Below are positions 10,091-19,538 of a stretch of DNA of 64,000 nt, in pieces (within the stretch, counting starts at the first letter, position 1; each line of letters starts with the position of its first letter). Location: NCBI GenBank assembly GCA_964619725.1, contig CAZUFC010000028.1, positions 1-64,000 of the forward strand. The letters run 5' to 3'. This DNA is from an uncultured bacterium. GTDB lineage: Bacteria; CSSED10-310; CAZUFC01. The notes under the pieces are model-generated. The model was given only the letters and a program-made list of their open reading frames with translations, did not search any database and was not told the DNA's origin. A program made the position numbers and the translations under genes.

Positions 10091-11236
10091 TTACTGCATT
10101 TCTTGAGTTTCCTGTTCAGAGTCCTGTTTTGCATTATCTTTTTTTTCCTGGTATTTGGGATCAAATTTCGGCGCTGCTCGAAGATAACCCGATATAGGAA
10201 CAGTGATGTTTTTCTGATTTTCTATATTCGTTTTGATATAAAGGTTTCCGTCAATGCTTCCGGGTTCGACGGGCGGTATCAATTGGATTAGAAGCATAAT
10301 TTTCCGGCCTGGCATCAGAGTTTTCTTTTCGATTTTAATGTCTTCTCGATCAGAGGAAGTTTCCAGAATTTCTAATTCCTTGTTCCCTTCATTTTCGATG
10401 ATGATTCTTTGTTCAGCGCCCTCAGCGGCATCAATAAACCTAAAATAGCAGTGAGTGGGCACAACTGAGAGAGGCCCTTTGATTCTGCCTCTAACCGGGA
10501 CTTCTATTCTGGGCTGTCTCGCCATGTTCGTATTAAGGAATAAAGTTTCCGAGAAAAAACCGATCGGCAGTCCGCCGTCAATGGTCATATGAACGGTCCA
10601 GGCTGAACCATCCTCTGCCGGTTTTTCCAATTCCGCCTGTATGTGATCGGAGGATGTTTCCAAACCGATGATTTCGGCTGAATAATCCGGAACTCGCTCT
10701 ATTTTTAATTCGGTCTTTATTTCTTCGTGCGGAAGGCTCTCGTTAAAAAACACGTATGCCGGTTTCGGAATGAAAGCGCTGATTATATTCCCGTAAATCT
10801 TCAAATTCAATACCGGGCGTTGAGGATCATTCGTTCGAATTGTAACGGTTTTACTGTCTGGTCCCAGTTTTTTCCCTGCTTTGTAGGTTACCGTTATCTC
10901 GGCAGATTCGCCTGGTGCGACTAATTTCTGTTCCATGAGAGCAGTAATGCAGCCGCAGGCCGAAAATATATCGTATATTTCCAGTATGCCCGTTCCTTTG
11001 TTTTGCAATACGAAGTTTTTCGTCAGTTCCTCATCAATAAACAGTTTTCCGAAATCAAATTCAGTCTCAGACATTTGAATATGGGGTCCGTAAAATTCAG
11101 TTTCCTGGGATTCTACATCAGCGTCCCCGCTGTCTTCCGTTTGTTGAGCCAGTGAGACGGGCGTGCTGTTGCATAAAACCGCAAGTAAGAACAAAAGGAC
11201 GTAAGAACGAAATTTACGGCGAAAAAGTGATTTCAT
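10091..11236 (-). CDS. Secreted DUF1573 / multi Ig-like domain protein
   Basis: Signal peptide; FDFG...NKGTGILEI...SACGC...APGESAEITVTY...TNDP typical of DUF1573, followed by two more Ig-like repeats. Confidence 0.8.
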   Translation of the reverse strand: MKSLFRRKFRSYVLLFLLAVLCNSTPVSLAQQTEDSGDADVESQETEFYGPHIQMSETEFDFGKLFIDEELTKNFVLQNKGTGILEIYDIFSACGCITALMEQKLVAPGESAEITVTYKAGKKLGPDSKTVTIRTNDPQRPVLNLKIYGNIISAFIPKPAYVFFNESLPHEEIKTELKIERVPDYSAEIIGLETSSDHIQAELEKPAEDGSAWTVHMTIDGGLPIGFFSETLFLNTNMARQPRIEVPVRGRIKGPLSVVPTHCYFRFIDAAEGAEQRIIIENEGNKELEILETSSDREDIKIEKKTLMPGRKIMLLIQLIPPVEPGSIDGNLYIKTNIENQKNITVPISGYLRAAPKFDPKYQEKKDNAKQDSEQETQEMQ

Positions 11237-11253
11237 AGTCTTTTCCTCCTGTT

Positions 11254-11760
11254 CTAATCCAACAGCCTTTCGATTGCTCGTTCAAAAACCTGTTGTTTTT
11301 TATATCCAACGAATTTGGAGTTAATATTTCCCTCTTTATCGATCAGAAAAGCGGTAGGAATGGATTGTATGGACCCAAATTTACCGGCGGTTTTTTGATC
11401 GCCCATCAGGATGGGATAGTTTATTTTATTTTTTTGCGCAAAGGCTTTTATGACTTCCCTTTTTTTATTTTCAAGATTGATGCCCAGTACGGTAAAGCCT
11501 TTTTTCGCGTATTTTTCCTGAAGTTTTATGAGGTGCGGAATTTCCATCCGGCAAGGCATGCACCATGTAGTCCAAAAGTCAATCAGGATGATCTTGCCTT
11601 TAAGGTCTTTAGAATGAACGATATTGCCGTTAATATCCTTCAATGAAAATTCCGGCATCTGCAGATTATAAGAGGATGTGTATGAGCGCGGGTCTTCTGA
11701 AGAACATGCGATGAGAAGACTCAATAAAAGGAGCAAGTTAAAAAGAAGAAAAAATCTCAT
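11254..11760 (-). CDS. TlpA/ResA-family thiol-disulfide oxidoreductase lipoprotein
   Basis: Lipobox LIAC; DFWTTWCMPC; IPTAFLIDKEG. Confidence 0.9.
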   Translation of the reverse strand: MRFFLLFNLLLLLSLLIACSSEDPRSYTSSYNLQMPEFSLKDINGNIVHSKDLKGKIILIDFWTTWCMPCRMEIPHLIKLQEKYAKKGFTVLGINLENKKREVIKAFAQKNKINYPILMGDQKTAGKFGSIQSIPTAFLIDKEGNINSKFVGYKKQQVFERAIERLLD

Positions 11761-12028
11761 TGTCTAAACCTCGTGGAATGCAATTTTTCCAGTTTCGCAC
11801 GCCGATCGGCGTCGAAAAAGAGTCTTAAAAATTACAGTCATACAAGCCGATTGTCAAGGAAGCGTTTGACTCTTTTCCATGCCGTCGGGAGAAAAAGAAA
11901 ATTATAAAGTGAAATGAAAACTTCCTCGCGTTAGAATTGACATGTTGATGAGAAAATGCTAGCAAGTAGAATAATGATGGACAATGGTCCAGACCATTGC
12001 ATCTGTTATCTTCGTGAAGGAGGAAGAA

Positions 12029-12853
12029 ATGTTACGCAGATTACGCCGACTGGTACAAGCCATTGTGAATTCAGTTTTAGGCAGAGCGGAGCGAAAATAT
12101 ACTATTGAACAGATGGATCAGGCTTTGAGAGAGATGCGGAAAAAGTTGAATGATTTTCGTCATGCAGCGGCAAAAGCCATGGCTAACAAGAAGCGAATAC
12201 AGCGTCGTTATGACGAGGAAAATAAACGTCAACAGTCGCTGGAACAAAAGGCGCGCTTAGCTGCACAGAAATCAGTCGAAGCTGAGAGTCCCGAGGAAAA
12301 GCAGAAATATGAGACTCTTGCCAAACGGGCGCTCCAATTACGCGGAGAATCGGTTGAGAAATTGTCTTTCTTAGAGCAATCTCTGAATAATGCTCAAAAT
12401 TCAGTAGAATCAGTTCAGCAAAAATTAAAAGAAGCGGCGGACAAAGTGGAAACGAGAGCGCGGCAGTTAAAAGACGCAAGAGCCCTTGAAGAATTAAATC
12501 GGGCGCGAATAGAAATAAACGAAGCCACCGGCGACTATCAGATCGACAGCGCCGCCCAGATATTCGAAGAGGGAATGGAGGAAGTAATGTCCGAATCCGA
12601 TCGAATCGAGGCGCTGGACAATCTGGCTCTAAGCGAGGGTGAAGAACTTGATGAGGAACTGGACAAACTGACTGTCGGGTCTGAAGTCGATACCGAATAT
12701 GAGCGGCTTCTGGAAGATATAAAAGAGAAACCTGGCTTGCCGGGGTCCGGCGATAGGCATTCATTGCCTTCGGGAAAAGAAGAGGCGGATTCTTCTGAGG
12801 AAGAAGAAGAAGAAGAAGAAGAAGAAGAAGAAGAAGAAGAAGCGAAGGAATGA
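12029..12853 (+). CDS. PspA/IM30 (Vipp1) family protein with poly-Glu tail
   Basis: Amphipathic N-terminal helix MLRRLRRLVQAIVNSVL then long coiled coil (EQMDQALREM...LAKRAL); AGGAGG RBS before ATG 12029. Confidence 0.8.
   Translation: MLRRLRRLVQAIVNSVLGRAERKYTIEQMDQALREMRKKLNDFRHAAAKAMANKKRIQRRYDEENKRQQSLEQKARLAAQKSVEAESPEEKQKYETLAKRALQLRGESVEKLSFLEQSLNNAQNSVESVQQKLKEAADKVETRARQLKDARALEELNRARIEINEATGDYQIDSAAQIFEEGMEEVMSESDRIEALDNLALSEGEELDEELDKLTVGSEVDTEYERLLEDIKEKPGLPGSGDRHSLPSGKEEADSSEEEEEEEEEEEEEEEAKE
12800..12841 (+). repeat. (GAA)14 trinucleotide tandem repeat encoding poly-Glu
   Basis: Perfect run of 14 GAA preceded by GAG at the 3' end of the PspA-like gene. Confidence 0.95.
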
Positions 12854-12926
12854 GAAGTCTCTCGCTTGTAATCAGCTTCGGTAGTCTGATGATTTTTACT
12901 GCGTTAAAGGTTCATCGAGACTTCGG

Positions 12927-13397
12927 TTAGAAGGGTATTTCATCATTCAAATCCGAGCCGGAATCTGATGAGTCGGGCTCATTGTAGGCTGAATCCGGCT
13001 GAGGCGGCGGTGCCGACGAACGTTGATCAGGAGTCGAGAATTGATTGGGAGAAGTCGTTTCCCTGGTACGCGGCGTCTGCAGCATCTCCATCTCCATGGC
13101 TTTAACCCTCAAAATGCTGCGTTTTTCGCCTGTTGATTGATCGTTCCACTCCTGATAACTCAGAGTTCCTCTAATGGCTATTTTACTTCCTTTTTTGAGA
13201 TATTTGGAGCAAATTTCGGCTGTTCGGCCGAAAGCTTCTATTGATATCCAATTGGTTTTTTCTCTCTTTTCGCCTGTTTGCCGATCTTTCCACACATCTG
13301 TAACCGCAAGACTAAAATTGGTCACTTGCGTTCCGCTGGGCAGATATTTAACTTCAGGATCCGCGCCCAAATTTCCGATTAAAAAAACTGAATTCAT
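12927..13397 (-). CDS. ssb: Single-stranded DNA-binding protein
   Basis: MNSVFLIGNLGADPE OB fold; acidic C-terminal tip DEIPF. Confidence 0.97.
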   Translation of the reverse strand: MNSVFLIGNLGADPEVKYLPSGTQVTNFSLAVTDVWKDRQTGEKREKTNWISIEAFGRTAEICSKYLKKGSKIAIRGTLSYQEWNDQSTGEKRSILRVKAMEMEMLQTPRTRETTSPNQFSTPDQRSSAPPPQPDSAYNEPDSSDSGSDLNDEIPF

Positions 13398-13448
13398 ATT
13401 CTTTTCTCCTTCTGTAAGCCGTTGATTATCTCCAACCGAATATCGTTA

Positions 13449-13799
13449 TTATCGTTCTGTCTCCGCTCCACGCTCATCAGCATTACCCCCGTTGATTTTC
13501 AAAAGATCGGGGTCTTTTAAAGAATATTCTATTACCCCGTCCTCGCTCACTTCATACTCCAGGATGTTCTGTCCGATCATTTCCTTCAGAACGTCCTCCG
13601 CCTCGGCATGATCCAGGGCTGTATTCAAGGAAAGTAAAGCCGGCGTTAATTTTTCCCTTTTAGAGGCGATCCTCATCACCTCTTTCATCCTCTCCAGTTT
13701 TCTCCTTTCCAGAGCCAACTTTCTGGTTTTCATGAGACCGAAATACATGAAAGCGATGAAACCCAAAGCGGTTAAGGCGATAATCAATTCCAAACTCAT
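13449..13799 (-). CDS. Hypothetical membrane-anchored protein, possible winged-helix domain
   Basis: N-terminal TM; LTPALLSL...AEAEDVLKEM...VSEDGVIEY; GGAGG RBS. Confidence 0.65.
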   Translation of the reverse strand: MSLELIIALTALGFIAFMYFGLMKTRKLALERRKLERMKEVMRIASKREKLTPALLSLNTALDHAEAEDVLKEMIGQNILEYEVSEDGVIEYSLKDPDLLKINGGNADERGAETER

Positions 13800-14078
13800 T
13801 CACCTCCGAGTTCCCGGATGATACACTGTCTTTTTTGTCATGAGTGGCGAAATCCTCATTTTTTTGAGCTTTAATGAACGCTTCACTCGCATCGCTTCTA
13901 TGATAAGAATGTTGATCGTCTTTTGTCAATCAAGAATAAAAAAGTTTTAATCGCTGTACCGATATGGAGCAGGAGGAAGACAAACGGCAGAAAATCAGTC
14001 GTTTATGGACAAAAAAACGACAATGGATTAAACTTTTTCGGCTTTCGCGGATCAAATATAAATGAGGAGGATTGAGCG

Positions 14079-14627
14079 ATTTCCGGGTCAGATGAGATAC
14101 TGATAGAACAATTTTCGAACGGCGACGAAAGAGCGTTTACAAACCTGGTCGAAAAATGGCGGGAGCCGGTTATTCGCTTCTGCGCCAGGATGTTGCGCAA
14201 TGAAGGAGAAGCTGAGGAGGCGGCTCAGGACGTATTCGTCAAAGTTTACATGAATGCAAAGAAGTTTCGAAAGGAGAGTTCTTTTAAAACCTGGATGTAT
14301 AAAATCGCTTACAACCTTTGTTTGAAGAGAATCCGGAGGAGAAGGCTTCACGACATATTTTTATCGAATGAGAAAAAAAGAACGGGGAATCGGGAAGGAG
14401 CGGACGGGCTGGCGAAACTAATCGCTGCAGAAGATAAGGAGAGGATGAACCAGGTCCTGGAATCGCTGCCGATCAAACAAAAGACCGTCATACTGCTGCG
14501 AATTCGGGAAGAGTTGTCGTTCAAGGAGATAGCTAAGATAATGCGGACGGCTTTAGGGACGGCAAAAGCTAATTTTTTCTTCGGATTGAAAAATTTGCAA
14601 AAAGCATTGGATGAGAAAAATGAATAG
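14079..14627 (+). CDS. ECF sigma-70 factor; probable ATT start
   Basis: Region 2 (AEEAAQDVFVKVY...FKTWMYKIAYN) and region 4 (LSFKEIAKIM...GTAKAN); the frame continues upstream of ATG 14190 as ISGSDEILIEQFSNGDERAFTNLVEKWREPVIRFCAR up to a TGA at 14073. Confidence 0.9.
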   Translation: MSGSDEILIEQFSNGDERAFTNLVEKWREPVIRFCARMLRNEGEAEEAAQDVFVKVYMNAKKFRKESSFKTWMYKIAYNLCLKRIRRRRLHDIFLSNEKKRTGNREGADGLAKLIAAEDKERMNQVLESLPIKQKTVILLRIREELSFKEIAKIMRTALGTAKANFFFGLKNLQKALDEKNE

Positions 14628-15243
14628 ACATTTAACAGATGAGCAATTGTATAAAATCATTGAAGTCAATGGAGAATCGGAGCCGACGTTCGCAACCGGT
14701 CGTCTGAAGGAATGTGCCGAGTGTCGACAGCGGCTGGCTGTAATGAAGCGATTGATTCGGGAAGTTCAGGATTGGGAGGAGAAACCGATAGCTCCTGACG
14801 TTCTCCGAAGATTTCAATCGGGATTGGAGCGAAAACTTGAGAAGAAGAGCTTGAGAAAGAGGACGTTCATTTTCAGGCCATTGCCGGGCGTCGCCGTCGC
14901 CGGTCTTTTCATGCTGGGGCTCATTGCAGCGATATTCAGATTCTCCTTCACGACAGAACCCGCATACGACAATAATGCGGTCCTTCCCCCTAACCTGGAC
15001 GTGCAAAAAGTGATAGCGCTCTCTGATTCCATCGAAAACTTTATTGATGAGACAGAATACGAGATAACTCTGGAAGAGGCTGAAATACCGGAGGACCTTG
15101 TGGAATTTTTTGAAACCGCAGCCTCGTCCATCAACGATCCTTCGTATGAGTTGTTCGATGATATGTCGGCACTGTCAGACGGGGAAATAAAGGAACTTCA
15201 TTCAATGCTGGAGAATTCTTACATGCCCCCCGGTTCCACATGA
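14620..15243 (+). CDS. Putative membrane anti-sigma factor (degenerate ZAS motif)
   Basis: Overlaps the sigma stop; HLTDEQL...RLKECAECR, one TM helix, acidic extracytoplasmic part. Confidence 0.75.
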   Translation: MNRHLTDEQLYKIIEVNGESEPTFATGRLKECAECRQRLAVMKRLIREVQDWEEKPIAPDVLRRFQSGLERKLEKKSLRKRTFIFRPLPGVAVAGLFMLGLIAAIFRFSFTTEPAYDNNAVLPPNLDVQKVIALSDSIENFIDETEYEITLEEAEIPEDLVEFFETAASSINDPSYELFDDMSALSDGEIKELHSMLENSYMPPGST

Positions 15244-15263
15244 TATGAAAAGGAGATAAACAG

Positions 15264-15857
15264 ATGAGAAAAGCATCAATTTTTTTTGTTGGACTTCTGG
15301 TTCTCTTCCTGATACATTCTTCAAGCGCTCAAGCGCCTTTTTACAGAATGCATCCTGATAAGGAGGCCAGAGAGGTTCTGGAGACGTTAAGAATTTGGAA
15401 ATTAACACGTGACGTTAAAATTGACTCTAAACAGGGCGAAACGGTTTTTCCGAAAATTCAGGAAATAGACGAGGCGTTGAATAAACACGAGGAAAATGAA
15501 GCTTCTTTGTTTAAGGAACTGAAAGAGTTGGTGGAAAGCGACGAAAAAAATGAGGAAGCTCTGCAGAAGGTCGTGGAAACGATTCAACAAGAGCGGGATA
15601 ATTTTCAGAAGAAAATGGATGAACTGCGTAACGAGTTAATGAGCATGCTGAGCGTCGAACAGAAGGCTCGTTATTTGCTTTTTGAACAGGATTTTCCCAG
15701 AGATGTAAGAAGGATGCTCGGTCGCCTGAAGGGAGAACGCGGTAGCCGGCAAGAACGGAGAGAAAAACGGGGAAATAGACATCACCGTCGTTGGGATGAC
15801 AAAGAATTTTCAGAGGAGGAAAATTCAAGGCGCGTGGAACCGCCGATTCGACCTTGA
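15264..15857 (+). CDS. Periplasmic Spy/CpxP-like helical protein
   Basis: Signal peptide ending AQA; helical; LSVEQKARY resembles the LTxxQ motif; third gene of the ECF triad. Confidence 0.65.
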   Translation: MRKASIFFVGLLVLFLIHSSSAQAPFYRMHPDKEAREVLETLRIWKLTRDVKIDSKQGETVFPKIQEIDEALNKHEENEASLFKELKELVESDEKNEEALQKVVETIQQERDNFQKKMDELRNELMSMLSVEQKARYLLFEQDFPRDVRRMLGRLKGERGSRQERREKRGNRHHRRWDDKEFSEEENSRRVEPPIRP

Positions 15858-15906
15858 AATGACGTAATGGTACAGAAGTACTTTCTAGATTGAAAAGGAG
15901 GACGGA

Positions 15907-16866
15907 TTGAAAAAGAGAATAATTTTCGTCAATATTCTGATGGCATTGCTTTGCTGGTTATTTTCAAGCGGCTGCGGAAGCAACGTAAACGGAATCATTA
16001 TAGAGGGCAATAATCTTTTAAAACAGGGCCGCATAGACGACGCCGTCCGCAAGTTTGAAGAAGCCATAAAAAAGGACCCGAAATCGGCCCGAGCGCACAA
16101 TAATCTGGGTTGGACTCATCAGCGTAAGGGCGAATATGAAAAAGCGGAAGAATTGTTCAGAAAAGCGATAGAACTTGAACCTGGCTTGAAGGAAGCTTAC
16201 AACAACCTGGGTTTGTCTTTGGATATGCAGCAAAAGTACGATGAAGCTCTAGCGCAATACAAAAAAGCGATTGAACTGGAACCCACATATGCCGAAGCCT
16301 ACAACAACATCGCTACGGTCTATTTCTTGCGGAATGAATATGATAAAGCCATTGAAAATTTCAAAAAATGCATTGAATTGAGCGATGAAGTTTTAGAAAT
16401 AAAATTTAATCTGGGCATTGCTTATTATAAAACTGAGGAATTTGACAAAGCTCAGGAAATCTTCGAGACCATTCTTAAACAAAATCCGTTTTCTATCGAC
16501 GGCAATGTTTTTCTGGCTTACATTTATTTAGAAAAAAACATGCTGGAAGAAGCCGGAAAATATTTTCAAAACGCCATGGACATTAATCCGCAGTCGGCTT
16601 TCGCAAAAGCCGGATACGCGCTCTTTCTGGCTCATGAAGAAAAATACGATGAAGCTCTTGAGCGAATACAGAAAGCTCTTGAGCTGGATCCGGATTCCAT
16701 ATCCGCTCACATTAATTCAGGCTTAATTTATAAAATGCAAGGCGAAACGGAGAAAGCCGTCGAAGCTTTTGAGAGAGCTCTTGAAATAGACCCTGATGAA
16801 AGTAGTGTTAAGGCTTACCTGGAGGAATTGACTGAGGATGAGGGAGAAGCGACGGAAGCTGAGTAG
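15907..16866 (+). CDS. TPR-repeat lipoprotein
   Basis: Lipobox FSSGC; about 8 TPRs (AHNNLG, AYNNLG, AYNNIA...); AAGGAGG RBS before TTG. Confidence 0.9.
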   Translation: MKKRIIFVNILMALLCWLFSSGCGSNVNGIIIEGNNLLKQGRIDDAVRKFEEAIKKDPKSARAHNNLGWTHQRKGEYEKAEELFRKAIELEPGLKEAYNNLGLSLDMQQKYDEALAQYKKAIELEPTYAEAYNNIATVYFLRNEYDKAIENFKKCIELSDEVLEIKFNLGIAYYKTEEFDKAQEIFETILKQNPFSIDGNVFLAYIYLEKNMLEEAGKYFQNAMDINPQSAFAKAGYALFLAHEEKYDEALERIQKALELDPDSISAHINSGLIYKMQGETEKAVEAFERALEIDPDESSVKAYLEELTEDEGEATEAE

Positions 16867-17026
16867 TCAGAAATTCAGAGTTAATTCGCTTTTCAAATTA
16901 GTAATCGGCAGGAATTGAAACAACTCGGTTTACCGATTTATTTTGAAATATTGTAATTAAAAGCGGTTCGTCTACAGGTCCATTCAGCGTAAAGAATATA
17001 ATGCCGGACGGAAAAGCTGCAGCAAA

Positions 17027-17779
17027 ATGAATATTGTTGAAAGATCGGCAGATTTTTTCATCCGGGGATTTCCCAGTTTAAGGATGCTTATTTTCGGAGG
17101 TCCTCCCTTCCTTTTATGGGCTTTTTTATCACTGTGGATTGCGGGCCGGTTAAAGGTCCGATATACCCTGGCTACGGGTTATTCGCGCAAGATATTCCAT
17201 TTTCTGATATTTATCACGGCTTTTGTTCTGCAATTGACTTACGGCATTTCGGCAGTATGTCTTTTTGGCGCCTGCACGACTCTGGTCATTTTTTTTTCGG
17301 TATTTCGCGGAGATGGGGATTATTTATACGAGGCGCTGGCGCGGCCGAAGGATGAACCTCACAGGACCTACTTCATAATAATTCCATATCTTTCGACATT
17401 AATCGGCGGTTTGTCGAGTAACATATTTTTCGGATCGTCATCAATAATGGGTTATCTGGTAACGGGTCTGGGCGATGCGGCTGCCGAACCAGTAGGAACC
17501 AGGTATGGAAAGCATGTGTATTATGTGCCTTCACTTCGATCTGTCAGGGCGATTCGTTCTTGGGAAGGAACCGGAGCAGTATTTTTATTATCTTTATTTT
17601 CTGTTTTCGTAGCGGGTTATCTGTCGCCTGAAGTTACAATCGATTTAAATATGATTATTTTTGCAGCTCCGTTAATTGCTGCCGCATCTTCAATAATAGA
17701 AGCTTTTTCACCTCATGGAACGGACAATTTTTTTCTACAGTTTCTGGTTTCAGGATTAAGTTACCGTCTGATCTTTTAG
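17027..17779 (+). CDS. Phytol/dolichol kinase-like CTP-dependent membrane protein
   Basis: YSRKIFH, GLGDAAAEPVG, RSWEGT, GTDNFF motifs; multiple TMs. Confidence 0.8.
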   Translation: MNIVERSADFFIRGFPSLRMLIFGGPPFLLWAFLSLWIAGRLKVRYTLATGYSRKIFHFLIFITAFVLQLTYGISAVCLFGACTTLVIFFSVFRGDGDYLYEALARPKDEPHRTYFIIIPYLSTLIGGLSSNIFFGSSSIMGYLVTGLGDAAAEPVGTRYGKHVYYVPSLRSVRAIRSWEGTGAVFLLSLFSVFVAGYLSPEVTIDLNMIIFAAPLIAAASSIIEAFSPHGTDNFFLQFLVSGLSYRLIF

Positions 17780-17886
17780 AAGTCGGAGATCAGCAGCGCT
17801 TGTCGGCGCCCGTCCAGCGCTGAAAATTGAATCTGGATGCTGGATGCGAGTTTATGGAGCGGTACTGATTAGTGGAGCTGTCCGCT

Positions 17887-19005
17887 TCATAAAATCAAGC
17901 CGGAATCCTGCATCAGTTCAATGACGGCGTCAGCAATTATTTCATGTCCTTCGGGAGTCGGATGACACATATCGGCGAAAAGCGCGCTTTTTTCATGCAT
18001 GGATATGGGGGAAACATCTGCTGCATTGTTTTTTTTGTAATTATTCCACAGCCGGCGTTCCGTTTCTGCGATAAAAAACCTGGAGTTTTCTATTTTCCGG
18101 CATTCGCTTATATAAATATGCGGAACGGAAACGGGCGCCAGAATGATTGAAATGTCTTTTTTTTCGCAAAGGTCCAGCATAGTTTCGACATTTTGCTTGT
18201 ATTCCAGAGGATTGACTCTCAATAAAATTTCATTTTCTTTAAGGTAATCGATCATGGGATCAGGTTCGTTGACGAGATGCGATACGGTCGACCTGACGAG
18301 CACTGAACTCCAGGAAGGCCCTTTTTTTTGCTGAAGGATGGGCGGAGGATTCCATTTTCCTTTCAACCAGGATTCCAGCAACCGGAATATGCCTGATTTT
18401 GAAACAAAATAACGAACTCTGTAAGCAAATTTCCGACTCATATGGTAAAGCTCTCTGTCAGTATAGCCTCTTTGCGCTGCCGGTCCCGCATCATTCCACC
18501 CGTAACTAATGATGATCAAATCGGGATTCAGCTCATCCAGTCGTCTTTGAAGAAAAATGACGCCCTGCTGAGAGGTGGTACCCGGAATACCGCCGTTCCA
18601 GGCCTGATAATGCAATTTTTCCTGTTGCATCCGGTTGAGTTTATTTTCGATAAATTCATTCAAAGGAATTTCGCTTCGCAAACCGAAGATGCTCGAATCT
18701 CCCAAAGTAATAATCCGGAAACATCCTTCCGTTTTATGCAGCTTCGTTTCGGGTCCTCTCAGTTTGAGGGAATTAATCTGATATTTCAAATTCAATCGGT
18801 CGTCCAGGGCTGTCGTATTGGGTCTGAATTCCCAGAAAGCAGCGGAAATTTCTTTAAGACAGTGAGGATTAGCGAAAGCGCCCAGAACAGGCGGCGCTTG
18901 CGGCGGAGCAAAAAAGCGGCTGACGAGCGCTTCGGCAGCGACCAGGATAGCTGCTGCAACGATGCCTGCCAGAAGAGCCAGGAAGCGCTTTCTTTTTGTC
19001 ATCAT
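17887..19005 (-). CDS. Membrane-anchored SGNH/GDSL hydrolase
   Basis: INSLKLRG, LGDSS, GGIPG, YGWND, DMCHP blocks. Confidence 0.85.
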   Translation of the reverse strand: MMTKRKRFLALLAGIVAAAILVAAEALVSRFFAPPQAPPVLGAFANPHCLKEISAAFWEFRPNTTALDDRLNLKYQINSLKLRGPETKLHKTEGCFRIITLGDSSIFGLRSEIPLNEFIENKLNRMQQEKLHYQAWNGGIPGTTSQQGVIFLQRRLDELNPDLIIISYGWNDAGPAAQRGYTDRELYHMSRKFAYRVRYFVSKSGIFRLLESWLKGKWNPPPILQQKKGPSWSSVLVRSTVSHLVNEPDPMIDYLKENEILLRVNPLEYKQNVETMLDLCEKKDISIILAPVSVPHIYISECRKIENSRFFIAETERRLWNNYKKNNAADVSPISMHEKSALFADMCHPTPEGHEIIADAVIELMQDSGLIL

Positions 19006-19025
19006 GCGAAAAACACGCTGCCGTC

Positions 19026-19427
19026 TCAGGAGTCGGATTGAATCTTGAGAAGGACCCTTCTGTTTCTGGGTCCGTCAAATTCGCAGAACATAATACCCTG
19101 CCATGTCCCCAGGAGCAGCCTTCCGCCCTCAATGATAAGGAATTCCGAATTTCCGATCAAAGAAGACTTGATATGGGCTGCAGAATTGCCTTCCATGTGA
19201 GCATAGTCGTCCTCGAAAGGGATGACCTTATTCAGTTCCTTTTCGATATCGTATTTAACGTCGGGATCAGCATTTTCGTTGATGGTTATTCCGGCCGTAG
19301 TATGCGGACAATATACAAGGCAATATCCTGAGTTGATTTTCGATTCCTTGACTGCTTTCTGAACTTCTCCGGTAATATCGATCAATTGAGTCCTCTGTCG
19401 TGTTTTGACCGATAATTCTTTAATCAT
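19026..19427 (-). CDS. yjbQ: YjbQ/UPF0047 family protein
   Basis: HTTAGITINENADPDV, HMEGNSAAHIKSSL, LGTWQGIMFCEFDGPR. Confidence 0.93.
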   Translation of the reverse strand: MIKELSVKTRQRTQLIDITGEVQKAVKESKINSGYCLVYCPHTTAGITINENADPDVKYDIEKELNKVIPFEDDYAHMEGNSAAHIKSSLIGNSEFLIIEGGRLLLGTWQGIMFCEFDGPRNRRVLLKIQSDS

Positions 19428-19538
19428 TTTCAGACCTCCCTGGCGTTCAATTAATAATATTTAAAGAATACACGTTTTTTTTCAACGGAAAGAGAAAACA
19501 GCATAATGCGAAAGCTATGAAAACCGAACGCTTTATCC

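Noticed and set aside
10091-11760. Selenocysteine in the TlpA or DUF1573 redox-like motifs
   Set aside because: Both have ordinary Cys codons (WCMPC, ACGC) and uninterrupted ORFs.
12800-12841. CRISPR or other non-coding repeat
   Set aside because: Simple in-frame trinucleotide run; no repeat-spacer array was seen anywhere in the window.
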